Shown here: one piece after another, positions 23,100 through 36,261 of the stretch | Layout of the letters: the number at the start of each line of letters is the position of its first letter | Numbering within the stretch: the stretch's first letter is position 1 | Source of the DNA: Selaginella moellendorffii | Taxonomy: Eukaryota > Plantae > Lycopodiophyta | DNA length: 64,000 nt | Assembly: GCF_000143415.4 (NCBI RefSeq) | Contig: NW_003314354.1 | Location: 528,705 to 592,704, forward strand | Direction: 5' to 3' | Program-made: the position numbers and the translations under genes | The notes under the pieces: generated by a model | What the model was told of the DNA's origin: nothing | Seen by the model: only the letters and a program-made list of their open reading frames with translations | The model's database searches: none

Positions 23100-24760
23100 T
23101 TTGGGGCTTAATCAAACATGTAAGGTAGTAGATATATTTAAAATATGCTTAAATTAATGTAGATTAAATTTGATTTATAAACTTATTCTATAAGGTCAAG
23201 CTCCAACCTCTGGATTTCCTGGAAGCTCATAGACTGCACCCTAAAGACCTGCCTGCCACTACACCTTGTAGCTCCAAGAATCTCATCAGTGGCTTTGGAA
23301 GGTGATGCTAAAACCTTGCAATGAGCAAGGTGGTTAATCCTTGGTCTGATTCTCATTTCTTTACTCTCCACTGTGTCACACCACACAATCAAGCAAGTGC
23401 TAGCTAGATTACTATTGTTGCTCCAGGTCAAGAAGCAAAACTAAAAGTTGAAAGTGGCACTCGCACTCTACTTATTAGGGTTTTCTCCCCTGAGCTCCTA
23501 ATTAAAGCCTTGGTATGGCATTGGAAAGTGCAAAGAAGCCTTGTGCTGTTTTCCTTCCAATCCCAACTCCATAACCAAAGAGTGTAGAAAGTTCATGGGT
23601 TCTAAAGTTACTTGTCTTCTATTTATTCCTCTAAAGAGATTTTATTCCTCTATTATGAATATCAGATTTTGCAATAAAGAATCCCTACTCTATAAATAAA
23701 TAAATAAATTAAAATTAATTATTTTTATGGATTAAGAAACCTTGGATCTGCTCAAAAACCCAAGAACACTCTATATTGGCAATTTCTTTAATCACTAAAA
23801 TTTATCTTGCTAAAACTATATCCTTAACATGGCTGGCTTTCTAGCATAGTGGTTGATTGTAATGGGGTAGGGCTAGTGATGACTTATGTGCTATCACCAA
23901 GGGTAATTACCTCTTTGGGAAAAAATGCTTTTGCTTACAAATATGCCGATAAATTAAGAAAAAGGAAATCAAAATAAAAGGAGAATTTCTTTATCAATCG
24001 AGCTAAATGATAAGGTAAATGGTTATAAATTTCATGTAAACCATTTACTTTCCCCAAAACCTTGATTACAAACTAATTAAAGAACAGTTTAAGAGCAGTA
24101 AATCATGATTATATACTCAGAATATCCAAGTATAATTTAGGATAATCTTCAGTTTAAAATTGTGTTCCATCAGATCATGCTTGCAAGAAGCAAAGCAACT
24201 CATGTAAAACCAGCTTATTGGCAATAACATTAATAGATCCTGTGGTTTACAAAGGGAAAAATGTCAAAGTTAAAAAGACTCACCTTCATCTTGGAATTTA
24301 TTTGTGTTTGTGACACTTCCTTACCAATGGTTATTAGGCCAGAAGATGACCAAAAGGAATTTATACTGTGTGCTTTCTATACAGCTCAAGTCAAGACATA
24401 GAATCTTATCTTTTGAGTGTTGGTGGATGCATAGAAGACACATCTATAATCATCACTAAGTATGGAGAAGCTCAACACCATTGGCGGCTGCACCACCAGA
24501 AGGCAAGCATTCTCCTCATAACTTTGTCATTTAGATCAAATACCAAATAATAGAGACAAAAAGCTATATGGTCTTTACAAACTGTTGAATTTGACCTTAG
24601 CTTGCTAAATTGCATTTGATCACATGCTTAGAGAAAATGTTAAAAATCTAAAGCAAACCAAGTGTTCCATAGCACATTCTACTTTTTAATGCATTTAAAA
24701 ATACTTTAAGTCAGCTGAAAAAGGGAAAGATCCATCCAGAAATCCAGAATGGCATTTCGA
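23100..24760. mobile_element. AT-rich, CpG-depleted insertion, probably degenerate transposon DNA
   Basis: Abrupt compositional switch; absent from the paralogous position in copy A; no intact ORF. Family not identified. Confidence 0.4.
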
Positions 24761-24950
24761 CAGGAGCAGGGTTCGAAACGCGCGATTTACAGAGCAGCAT
24801 CGTTTTAATTAGTTTAGTTCTAATCATAGAGCATAGAAATAAGTGGAGGAATAAAAATTGTAACGTTAACATGTACGGCACTTCCCGCTCGTTGGTTTAG
24901 GTCGGATTGCTTGGAAAGGGGCGAGGAGAGGCGAAGGGGAGAGCGCAGCT

Positions 24951-27061
24951 ATGGCGGGCAAGGCGCGTCGGCGGGACAGGCTCTCCATCCTCGACATGTC
25001 GATTGAGGACGACAGTCTTCTGCCGGGTAGTGCCGCAGCTTCTTCTTGTCCTGTTGTTATGGAGGACGACGATCCGCCACCGGAAATGCGGAATCAGGGA
25101 TCTCGAGGTAGGCAAAATTTGAAGTCTTTTCCCTGGATCCCCCATTTCTTTGGCTTCTAGATGTCACGGTCGAGGATGCTCCTGTTGTGGCTCCGGTTCC
25201 TCCAGTTCGAAAAATCAAGAAGTACCATAACTTGAGGAAGAGTCTTGCGTGGGATAAGGCCTTTCTCACTGGCGAAGGTGAATTTTTCGTGCTGCGCACC
25301 TGAATTTTACATCGAATGTGTAGCACGCTCCAGGTGTTTTGGATCCGGACGAGCTTCCCATACCAACGCGATCATCACCCAAGAAGCTGCCGGAGCTACC
25401 CACTCTTGAAGTAAAGTCCAGTTTACACGACGAGTGCAACACAAACGTGGAGAAGAATTCCAACAGGGACAGTTTGCGAGTGAAATGTTTTTCTGAAAGA
25501 TTCGACAGCCGTTCCAAGCCGCTTGGTATGTTTTTCCGTTCCTTGCTGTATGAGACTCATGTTCTTTTTACTTGTTCTTAGACATATCGATCATTCAGGG
25601 GCCGGACGAGTCTGCTCGAGACACCTCTGTAAGTTTGGAGCTTTATTTGTATGCCAATGCCTTATATATGTTTCAGGGCTTGCCGAGTCCAGTGGTTCCC
25701 AGGTGCGCTCCTGCAAAAAAAGCGATAGAATCTGCTATTCAAAAGGGCACTCGGCTACGACTTCCCAGTACATTCACATATCCTTTTTCAGCTTCTTTCT
25801 TGTGATTTTTTCGATCAAACTTCCTTTAACTCTTCACACAGACGAGAGAAAGACTATTCCTCGTCCATTAAAGCCGCAGAAGGAATCCAACTTGGGCAAG
25901 AGAGTAACCTCCGTTTCTAGGAGAGTTAAAGATACACTGGGGAGAGTTCTTCCAGGTTCGCACTCATCATGAATATGTATTGGTTACTGATGGCTTCCTC
26001 TGTCACAGGGCGTACTGATGCGTTCACAGCAGAAAGATCCTCGGCAGTGCGTTTGTCCAGCGACGTCTCAGTCACAAGTGAAGGGGAGCCGAGCTGCTCG
26101 TTGCAATCCTGCTCAGTATCCGATGCTCATGATGAGATTCTAGAAGATTTGGACACGGGATACGTTTCGAGTTTGAAGGAGGATCAGACAAAAACAAACG
26201 CGCTATTGTCAGAGGACTCGCGATCAAAGCCAACTGCACTGAAGATGCCATCTCCCAAACTCGGATATTTTGATGCTGTGAGTTAGTTCTTACAAGTATT
26301 CGCTGACTTGACTCTTTCTTTCGTCACAATGCAGGGAAGACCAACACATCACTATGCTACCAGGGCTGCAGTTAGAATCCCTCCTGGTATGCCGAGCTCC
26401 AAAACAAAGCCGCATGGTTTGCCTAAAGGAAAGCCACCGTCAACAGCTAGCATCGAGCGCATTTCTTCGGCTATTCCGTCAGCCCCGCACTTACGCAAGG
26501 TAACATCAGGGGAACAGGAGAACTTAAAGAAAAAGGGACATACAGACGAGAACAGCGAGTCAAGTTTGAAGGACGGCCCCGTTCCTTCAGCTACTAAAAG
26601 TCCGTTGGGAGTGAACGGTGGTTTGCTAAATTCTGGTCCCAGCGTAGCCAAAGAGAAGGGCTCGTTCTTCGCGTTTGCAAAGAGGGCTGTCGGCCGTTTG
26701 GCGTCGCCTGTGCAGGAGAAGAAGAAAATTTGGATAGCTACTAGCTGTGATGGAGCATCGACAGAGTCGTCAGCTGAAGCGATCAAAGAGGTTGAATTCT
26801 TGTTTATTTTATAGAGTACTAACTGGAATGCATCTGGAACTGTGTAGGATGGAAACATTCTCAAGCCCGGACCAGTACAACATTCGCCTCCCAATAAATT
26901 AGAACCTCAGCCAGGCCCGTGGTCTCCGGTACGTGGTGCTGGTATTTTGATCTTCGTGGCTGGGTGATCAAACCGTCATGTCCTGGCAGGTTCGAAAGAA
27001 TGGAACGCAACTGGGTCCCTTCGACTGTACCAAGTCAAACGCTCAAGTTGCCTGGGACTGA
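24951..27061 (+). CDS. GPT1/GPT2-like (At2g37070/At3g53320-type) basic microtubule-associated protein, multi-exon
   Basis: Conserved blocks SILDMSIEDDSL, YHNLRKSLAWDKAFLTGE|GVLDPDEL, KPTALKMPSPKLGYFD, GPVQHSPP...PGPWSP|VRKNGTQLGPFDCTK. The family name is from recall. Confidence 0.75.
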
Positions 27062-27085
27062 GGAGAAGAGTTTAGGTAAAGTTCG

Positions 27086-29573
27086 ATGGAGGAGGCCGAA
27101 TGCTGCGTCTGTCTCCAAGGTTTTGAGGAGGAAGGGGAGCATGTTCCGCGAGTTTTAAGATGCGGCCACACGCTGTGCCAGGAGTGCGTTGTCCACCTTG
27201 CTCGAGACCGGCAACAGCAGCAGCAGCAGCAGCGGTTTGTTCGGTGCCCCGAGTGCTCTCACGTCACGGCCCTTGCGTATCCGTCATCGCTCCCGAAGAA
27301 CTTTGAGCTGCTGCGACTTTCTGGTAGGAGTCGTCGTCCTCGGCCTGCTGCTGTCGCTCCATCGTCATTGTCTGTGGAAGGAGCTGGACAGTTTGTGCTG
27401 CGTGATCTCCTCCACCCGTTTCCAGGTTCGGTTTCTATTTGCGTCAGCTCAAGCTCAGATTCAAGCTCGTCCCGGGATCTCTTGCATGGGCTGCTAGGTG
27501 ATGGGCTTCGCGTTTCGCTCTTCTTGCTCCTTGGGAGCAGCAGGAAATGGAGAAGCATTCTTGCTGGCAAGGATGATTTGCGCAGAGAAGAGGCGGCGAT
27601 GAAGCTTTGGCAGCAGGGGCTTTCACAGGGATCGAGAAAGGAGATATTAGCGCTGTTGAGGGTAGCTTCGCTGTGCCAAGCGGCGTGCAAAGTTGTGGGA
27701 GTGTGGTTGAATGACGAGCATAGCAAGCTCTACCTGGTAAATAACATCTCATTTGGGTCGACAAGCCTTTCTGCGCACCATGTCCAAGGAGGCCGCCTCG
27801 CCGATGCTGCCGCGGACTTGTGCGAGATACTGATGCAAATCCACTCCCAAGGGATGGTGCTGGGGATTTTTGGCATGGAGATGTTCCAAGTGAGCCAGTT
27901 TGGTCGCATCATTATGCACTGGAACGGGGCACTGGAGCTTCGTGGTGCCATGCATCGGAGTCTAGTGGATGACAAAACTACTCGTGAAGCATGGCATTTC
28001 ACAAGTCCAGAGATGTTGGTAGCACTTTCCTCTGGGGCAGGGACCTTGGAAAGCGAAAACCAGGAGTCATCCGACGTATGGTCGCTCGCATGCTTTCTCC
28101 TCCACCTCATTCTCGATCGACCCTGCCCAGCGCTGTCATTCAAGCAAGCTTGCGATGAGGTTAAGCAGAAAAGAACACTCCTTGGCGCCGCGGGACATGG
28201 TGACAGTCCGTTTCAAGAGTTTTTGCTGAGTTGCCTTGCGGAGCACCCGGATGAGAGGCCAACCATGAAAGAGTTTTGCCACCATCTCAAGCTGCTGCGA
28301 TCTCCAAAGACTTCAGTTACCAATGACGAAGAGGACGCTCCGCCCGCGCGGATAAGCTGGTGCTTCGGGCTTCAAGCACTGGACATGTTGATGAAAGAGG
28401 AAGTTTTCCAAGACCAGGAGCAGCAAGACCTGCAGCTTGAGGAGACCACAACGCTCGAAGGTCACACGGGTTGCATCACTTCCCTCGCTTTTTGCGGTGA
28501 GTTTTGTGTCTTACCAACTTCTAGCTTTTGAACCTAGCCTCTGCGTTTACTGCTGCTGCAGGAGCGAATTTGGTGAGCGTCTCCTTTGATAAAACTGTGC
28601 GGCTCTGGTCTTTGCAGGTGAGAGAAAATCTTTCTTCTGAAGCGTCCAGTTGATTTCGGAATGGTCAGGATGAATCTCTGCTCTGGAGCTGGGAAGACCA
28701 GCATCCTCAACGTATTCAAGCTCTAGCGGTAGACGAAGCTTCTCAGGTGTGCTACACTGGCGATTACGGTCGACTTATCTGCGTATGGAAACTTTCGCAA
28801 CCGTTTCAGAAGCATCCCGTGGCTAAATGGCAAGACCACAACGACTGGCGGTTCACTGGTGTCGCGTCTCTTGTTATCTCGGACGACGGCGTTCTCTACA
28901 GTGGCAGCGGTGACATGCTTGTCAAAGCGTGGTGTACAGAGGTATGCAGAGCTATGTCTAGAAAAATAAATGTGCAGGAATGTTTTGCAGACGCACAGCC
29001 TTTTGGGAACGTTCCGTGGCCACCGAGGAGTGGTCTCAACTCTTGCAGTAGACGGAGGACTTCTGTATTCTGGAAGCTGGGATGGCTGCATCCGCATCTG
29101 GTCTCGTAGCGACTTTGGCTCAGTTGGAGTTTTAAACGTTGGAACTGATCCTATCCGAGCACTATCCATCTCTTCTGACGATGAAGCTGTTGTCTGTGGT
29201 CTCGACAACGGTGGCATTCAGGTAAATAGCTCGCGCTCTGTTTGGTTGAACTCAACTTGAGTTACAGGTGTGGAAGAATGGCAAATGCGACGCTTCCATC
29301 AGGCCTCACGATGGACCAATATCGTGCCTGGCTACAATCTCTACAGATGGCTGTCTGTGTACGGGTGGCTGGGACAAATCGATCAAGGTTGCACTTGGGA
29401 TTTGTCATGCTTTGTTTTTTTATTCTGTGTGGCGTGTGTTTGTATAGGTGGTGCATGTCAACGATGATGATGTCAAGAAGAGCATTACATGCGATGATGC
29501 AGTAATGTCGATGGTCTACAAAGGCAACAAGCTGTACGCGGCCTTAGGGAAGAATATCAAAGTGTACAAGTGA
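27086..29573 (+). CDS. RING finger + degenerate kinase-like domain + WD40 repeat protein
   Basis: CCVC...PRVLRCGHTLCQEC...CPEC...LPKNFEL RING; SPE, SDVWSLAC and PDERP kinase C-lobe; LEGHTGCITSL, SFDKTVRLW, GHRGVVSTL...YSGSWDGCIRIW WD40 repeats. Confidence 0.88.
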
Positions 29574-29709
29574 TCTCAGATAAGATAATGTTAATCAGCA
29601 TGTCAACATCTAATCTAAGATGACTCGGGATGTGGATTGCGTGGTGCAGGGAAAGGGAAATCCAAGTCTCTACTCAGTTGCAGGCACTTCCCCTCCTCCT
29701 TGTCCTATC

Positions 29710-31237
29710 ATGGCGACTACGAGTGCTCCGTCAACTCCAGCTGCTGGACTGGGAGCTCACTGTGGGACGAGGACGAGGAGGAGCAGTGTATTTGCAACTC
29801 GGCGTTGCTCGTTGTGGGGAGAAGGGGAATTTAGCGAGGTGAGCATTGGCGGAAGAGGTGTGGTCGCACAGGAAGGAGCAAGGAGCAGGAGCGCGAGAGG
29901 AGTAGTGAGTGTTCGTGCGGACGCTGGGACAATGGTAGCGGCCACTTCGGGCACTCGAGTACGTGCAACCAGCGTTCTGGTTGTGGGAGCAACTGGTACG
30001 CTGGGTAGGCAGGTTGTTCGTCGAGCTCTTGACGAAGGCTACGATGTCAGGTGCCTCGTCCGTCCCCGCCCGGCGCCTGCGGACTTCCTCCGTGACTGGG
30101 GTGCCACCGTCGTCAACGTACGTGTGCCGTTTTTGCTATCATGCTTGTTCACTCATCATTTGCAGGGTGACTTGAGCAAGCCGGAGACGCTACCGGCCAC
30201 TTTGGTGGGAATTCATACCATCATCGACTGTGCAACCGGTCGGCCGGAGGAGCCTATCAGAACGGTGTGGATACTAGCTGCTCCTCGCGGTTCTTATTTT
30301 TCTTTTTGGTTGCAGGTTGATTGGGATGGGAAGGTGGCTTTGATCCAATGCGCGAAGGCCATGGGAATCCAGAAGTTCATCTTCTTTTCTATCCATAATT
30401 GCGACCAGCATCCGGAGGTACCCCTCATGGAGATCAAGCGTTGCACCGAGAAGTACATTGCGGACTCCGGTCTCAACTACACAATCATCAGATTGTGTGG
30501 ATTCATGCAGGTGAAAGAAGAAAAACAAACGAGAATTATATGTTGCTTGCGTTGCAGGGTCTCATCGGGCAGTACGCAGTGCCTGTCCTCGAGGACCAAG
30601 CAGTGTGGGGAACAGATGCTCCTACGCGGATTGCGTACATGGACACGCAGGTGATTGCATTATAGTATGGCACTGTTCCTTTTTGATAAATTCTTCTCTA
30701 CCAGGATGTAGCGCGGCTGACTCTCATGGCTCTGAGAAACAAAAAGGCAGATCGCAAGATGCTCACATTTGCAGGTCCTCGCGCATGGACGACACAAGAG
30801 GTCACAGCAACGCAAGTTTTGATCCTCTGCCTGTTCTGATATTGTTTTCCTTTTTCCTTCTCCAGGTGATTAGTCTTTGCGAGAGGCTGGCAGGACAGGA
30901 CGCCAAGGTGACAACAGTTCCCTTGGGAATCCTCAAGCTTGCGCGGCTCGTCACTCGTTTCTTTCAGTGGACAAACGATGCGGCAGACCGGCTCACATTC
31001 TCAGAGGTGCGTGACTGTTTTAAGTCTCTATTTAACTTAGCAGTGAGTTCGACGACACAGATCCTCACCAGTGACACTGTTTTCTCTGCACCAATGGCCG
31101 ACACATACTCGCTGCTGGGCGTGGATCCCAACGAGACCACCACCCTGGAGAAGTATTTGCAGGAGTACTACTCGCAAATCCTCAAGAAGCTCAAGGACTT
31201 GAAGGCGCAGTCCAAGCAGGGCCAGTTCTACATATGA
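29710..31237 (+). CDS. HCF244: HCF244/Ycf39-like NAD(P)-binding Rossmann protein, chloroplast
   Basis: TSVLVVGATGTLGRQVVRRALDEGYDVRCLVRPRPAPADFLRDWGA, IIDCATGRPEEPI, HPEVPLMEIK, LEKYLQEYY...LKKLKDLKAQSKQ. Confidence 0.95.
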
Positions 31238-31284
31238 ATGATGTGTAAAATTGAAAAGCCCTAGTAGGCTCGCGACGCGAGGAA

Positions 31285-32085
31285 ATGGCTGCTGGGTTCC
31301 AAGCGCGGCTGGACGAGATGCTCCGCTCCCGGCAAGCGCAGCTCCAGCGCTTGAATGTAACAAACGCATTCCTTTTAGTGATTGAAAGTTTTTGAATTGC
31401 GGGCGAGTGATGAGTCCATGCAGGAGGAGACGGCCCTCCAAGGTGGCAAGCGGCTGGTTGTAGAGGAGCGCAAGGGCGAGCTCCGGCGCATCCAACGCCA
31501 GATCCTGGCACTGAAGCTGGGTCTGGGCAAAATGGAGCTGCACACTGCCCTGGCCCAAGAGGAGCTACGAAGTCGCCAAGCCAAGGCAGACAAGCTCGTC
31601 CAAGAGCGCAGGTTCCTTTTCCTCCTTTTAAAATCTCCTTAGATGCAATGCAATGGACAGAGAGTTGGCGCTCGAGATTTGCCAGCTCCAGCAGCAGCAA
31701 GCGCAAGGGGAGCGGATCAAGTGCGACGAGCAGCAGCAGCTTGAATCCGTGCAGGAATTGCGCCAGACCGCGAGCGAGGTCTGTGATATTGAGCATTGCG
31801 ATGAAACTCAATATTCGATGGTATGCGCAGCTGGAGATGGTGCTCAAGCGGCTGGACAGCGCTGTGGAAGCAGCGACGAGGAGCGAGGAGTACCTGGCAG
31901 GGGTGAAGTGCGAGGTGCAAGACCAAGTGCGGGAGAACGAGTGGATCAAGCGGCGCGCGGAGGAGCAAGTGGGCGTGGCCAGGGACTGGATGCGGGCAAT
32001 GCACCAGTTGCAACACGAGGTCAAGGCACTGCAGCTGGAAAACCAGAGCTTGGAGAGGGAACTCCTTGCGGCTCTCCAGGAATGA
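31285..32085 (+). CDS. Uncharacterised coiled-coil protein (about 4 exons)
   Basis: MAAGFQARLDEMLRSRQAQLQRLN followed by E/Q/R/L heptad-rich exons separated by short GT-AG introns. Confidence 0.65.
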
Positions 32086-34879
32086 TGTCAAAGGTGGTGG
32101 CCTCCACGAGCTTCCTGTCAAAAATATTCTCCTCCCAGTGGTCCCGCAAGCAGTCTCCGACCTTTGCCAATCCTCCGGATTGGATTGGTGAAGAGTGTTA
32201 TCTGCATGCATTTTCTAGCGGAATGGCGTGCTCTATATAGAATATACCACGTGGAATTCCAATAATGGCCATCCTAATGGCCCCATCCCATGTATCCTAT
32301 GTGCCATACATGTGCATCCCCCATGAGAAGAAGGTAATTGGATGCTCAAATATCCAAATCGGAGTATCAGGAAGCTATATTATCTGTCCCTCTCTTTAAC
32401 CGATTGCTGTTTTGTGCTCATTGTTCTCAGTATTTTTAGCACTCAGTAGATCAATTAATTCTCCCTCACTTCAACTCCCCCAAACTCCTACGTTTGTGTG
32501 GGCTTCAATGGAAATGCCAAATTAGGACAATAGTGCCACCAGTTCATTGTGTTGCAAAAACAGTAGCGAATCCCAATGGATACCCAGTAGTTGCAGGATG
32601 TATAAGTGATGAGAATGATGTTGTCATGGTATTCTTTGGGCACTTCCTCCTGTGCTGCAATTCGAGGACCAATAGAATGTTGTGTTATAAACATTGGAAC
32701 AAACTTGGCCATGATTGGACTTAGCTTGGCCTCCACCCAAAGGGAAACAACACAATGGTGATAGCAAGCATTTTAAGTGGTGTGAGTTCCAATCAAGGAT
32801 GTTTTATCCCCACTATCCCAACAAACCACAGGAATATTCCAAGAATATTCCATGGCCTGTGGGATTATAGGCCGTAACGCCTTAAGGGTTGGGAGGTTGG
32901 CCTAGGGTTCACTCTCTTGCTCATTTCAAGCCTACCTTAACAGCCCTGTGGCGAGCCCATTGAAGCAGTACACGCAGCAATCTGTAATTAGAGGTTTAAG
33001 TCAGTTGAATTAACATTGCCATGTGTACAAATTTTTGATTAGTAGTATATGTTCTTGAGAACATGACTTCCACATGGGTGGGCAATACATGTTCTGGAGA
33101 ACATCTACAGGCCATGTAGGATGATATAGCAACTTGTGATAATATTCTCACAAATAATAAACCTTGATCTGATAGCTTAATAGTGAACCATTGGCCATTA
33201 AGGCTGGTACTTTGTACTCCCAAAGGGAAGCAGCACAATCCTGATCCAAGCAAGCCTTTTAAGTGTGAGTATGTCTTTACGTTCCAGGACTCAACTTGAA
33301 GTGGTTTGTGTTTAATCTCAAAAACTATTATAAAACCATTAACATAGGGTTTTGTTTTAACAATGGCAGAACTACCCTTTGTATTGCATGTGTCATAGAA
33401 GAAAGAGTTGGCCTATTTAGAGATTGGCAAATTGTGGAAACTCTAAGATTAATTGCAAATCTATGTTCACATTGCTGGTTGTGTGTTTGTGATTATACTT
33501 CTCTCAGTGGAGCTAGGATCCTTGCTAATTCTATGTTTAGTTTTGAAATATTTATGTGAGAATTCTATTTTGACGATGCACCTACTTCATAGTGTTTTTA
33601 AACTTGCAAATGCTATTGGTATGACTATTATTACTGATGTTATTGATGATCAGTCACTTGAACATCTATTCCGGATGATTGCTGAGAATTTTATCAGGAT
33701 ATGAAATCCCTTTATATAGTAAAATGTCTTACTTGTCTATTAATAAACAGATTAGAGGCTGGTTTTAAATTGACAACTCACATCCTGTAAATCTTTAAAC
33801 CACTTTTTCTTCTAGTAACAATTTTTTTTTCAAGATTTGAAGCAAAATGTGAATCTTGCAAATACAAAGACTATGTGTGGCAACAAATTTCTCTCAAAGG
33901 AAAATAATATAGTGCAAAAAAGTTATTGAGATGTCATAATTCCTTTGTATCTTATCAATCAATTATATCCACAAGTGTCTTAGTTACAAGATTTTTGGAG
34001 AGTAATTTCTACAAAGCTAAAATCCACATATCTGAAAATACCCTTTATGGTAGATTTAAATAGTATAATGGGTTTTGCAGCTAAAGATAAGTAACAAAAT
34101 GCAAAAACTAGGTATGCAACATAAATGTAAATATCTTTTATGCTCATGGTTTACAACTTTTATTACTCTATAGCTAATGGATTCAAGAACATTTTGAAAG
34201 AGATGCTTTGCAATGTATTTAGACATTGCTTGAAGTCAAACAAGTTGATTTTATTGACTACAACACAAGCTTTTACTTAATTTGTTTCTATTTTAAATAA
34301 AGAAAAGGTCACCAGGTTTGAGTTTTCTCTTTTTGTCTCTCTTGTTTATAATTAAGTTAGTGACCGGTGTATTAATGCTATAAAAAAAACTTACAGTAAT
34401 ATAAATAAGCTATGTGTTTACACACTATTTTAGAATTACACTGAAATAGAAATATTGAGAATTTTTTTTCCAAAATGTACTAAAAGAAAAAAACTAAATA
34501 AATAATTGCTCTATGACTCAACTTGTAAATGTTATTAGTTACAATATTGAGCTATAACTTAGATCTGGATGGCTGATGTCTCAAGGGTAATAAGTTGCTT
34601 ATTTGTTGCAGCTCACTGGCTAAAAATTAATTTTTAAATTAGAGCTGCCACCCAAGAAAATAAATAAACTATAGAAATGGAACTATTGAAAAGTTGACCA
34701 ACATCTTTAATCATAGAAAAGACATAGAGGTAAAGATAGTAGTTAGGATCTTGATATAATAAAGTTTAAGGTGATGTTAGAGGCATGGTAATGCACATCC
34801 AAGAAATAACACTATTAAGAAACTTAAGTATAATTGATTAGAACAAATGCTAAAGAGCTATTTATAATACCCAGATCTT

Positions 34880-36260
34880 TATTGTCTTTTAGTGTAGATT
34901 CCCCTCCCATGACTCCTAAAGAATATCCATGCATCTCTATGTCACACCCTAAATGCTACATTAATCAAAACATACCTTTGAATGCTTCTAAGGTTTGGAT
35001 AGCATAGCTATTCTGCCCTACCACCACCTAGAATGCAATGCCATTGCATATTACTTTTTTAGGTCTTGCCCAAGCCTATACTTTTCTATTAATGCTCCCA
35101 TATTCATCCTTTATGGCAGTAAGTGAATTCTATCCTTGCTACATCTTTAGCACTCCACTGAAATTCCAATTCCAACAATCCTCAACAATAATTGAACCTT
35201 CAATGTCAACCCACTAGCACTTCCTAAAACCTTCTTTATCACTTATGAAGTAAGAGATCTCTATACTTGTTCCTCTATAAAAATCTCTTGCTCCGTCCCA
35301 AATTCCTTTCATTTTAGAACCCTTGTTGTTGGCTTCCCCTACTCTTGTCTTTGCCACCTACTTAGTAGGTGACTCCATCTCCTACACTTGATTCTTGGTT
35401 GTCTTCCAAAGTTTTTGCATCCTCTCAGATGTCTTCATCCTTGCCTTTTAGCTTGCTGATGGTGTCCTCTAAATCATCACTCAGGTCTAACTCCTCTTTG
35501 ACAAACTCCTCAAATTCCTATTTAGACTCCTTTTCACCTATTGCATCCTTCCATGCCTCTTGGTAAGTTTTATATCCTTTGGCACTAAGGAACATTGTAC
35601 CTATTTCTCGAGCTTCGAGATCCTCTACTGTTGTTGCAAGTCTTTGCTTGCAACTCTTTCAAGGATCTAGATAACTTGACTTAGCTTCCTTGCATTTATA
35701 GTTGTCCAATGCTGCCATGTCATGAGCTCCTGTAATGCACAGCTCTCCTCCAAAATCTAATTATTCTTTTGAAACTTTGCTAGTGCATTCTTATATCAGG
35801 TGTTGAATTCCACAATCTGCTATTCAAATTCCAATCCTTGCTATTAGTGTGCCTTCACCAAATGCTACACAACCTCCAATAACTTCTGTTTCTCATCACA
35901 AAGTTGTTATACATCAATGACCTGTTGCATAGTCTCTCTACTGGCTAGCTCCATTAGCTCCCCTTGCATCTCTTGGATCATAAAGAGATCTCCTCTTGCA
36001 ACCAAACTTGAGTCACCATAAGTTGGGTTTTATATACCCACATATCTTCTTAATATCCCTAGATTGCCAGTTGAGGATGGAATGCCTTTGTCTCCAAGTA
36101 TTCCTACAAAATTCACTAGAGTCACTTGCAAAAGATAGATCCTTGGCCCTTTGAATGTTATAACTATATAGTGGAGCCACTAATCCACAAGCCAACTCCA
36201 ATCCAACTTGATCCCAACCTCCAACAACCACTCAATCACACTCACTAACTCTAGTGGTAG
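34880..36260 (-). mobile_element. Degenerate LTR retrotransposon 5' fragment (probable Ty3/gypsy): LTR remnant, PBS-like site, decayed gag-like ORF
   Basis: Minus-strand TGGTGACTCAAG at ~36006-36017 resembles a TGG-initiated PBS. Downstream is a stop-riddled E/K-rich reading frame with a WVDIEGSIIV-like segment. Confidence 0.4.
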
Positions 36261-36261
36261 A

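Noticed and set aside
24760-24790. GGTTCGAAAC B-box-like motif suggesting a tRNA or SINE
   Set aside because: No cloverleaf, A-box or acceptor stem could be built.
32488-34200. Weak Ulp1-protease-like and hAT-like peptide fragments
   Set aside because: Too degenerate to support a family call without a search.
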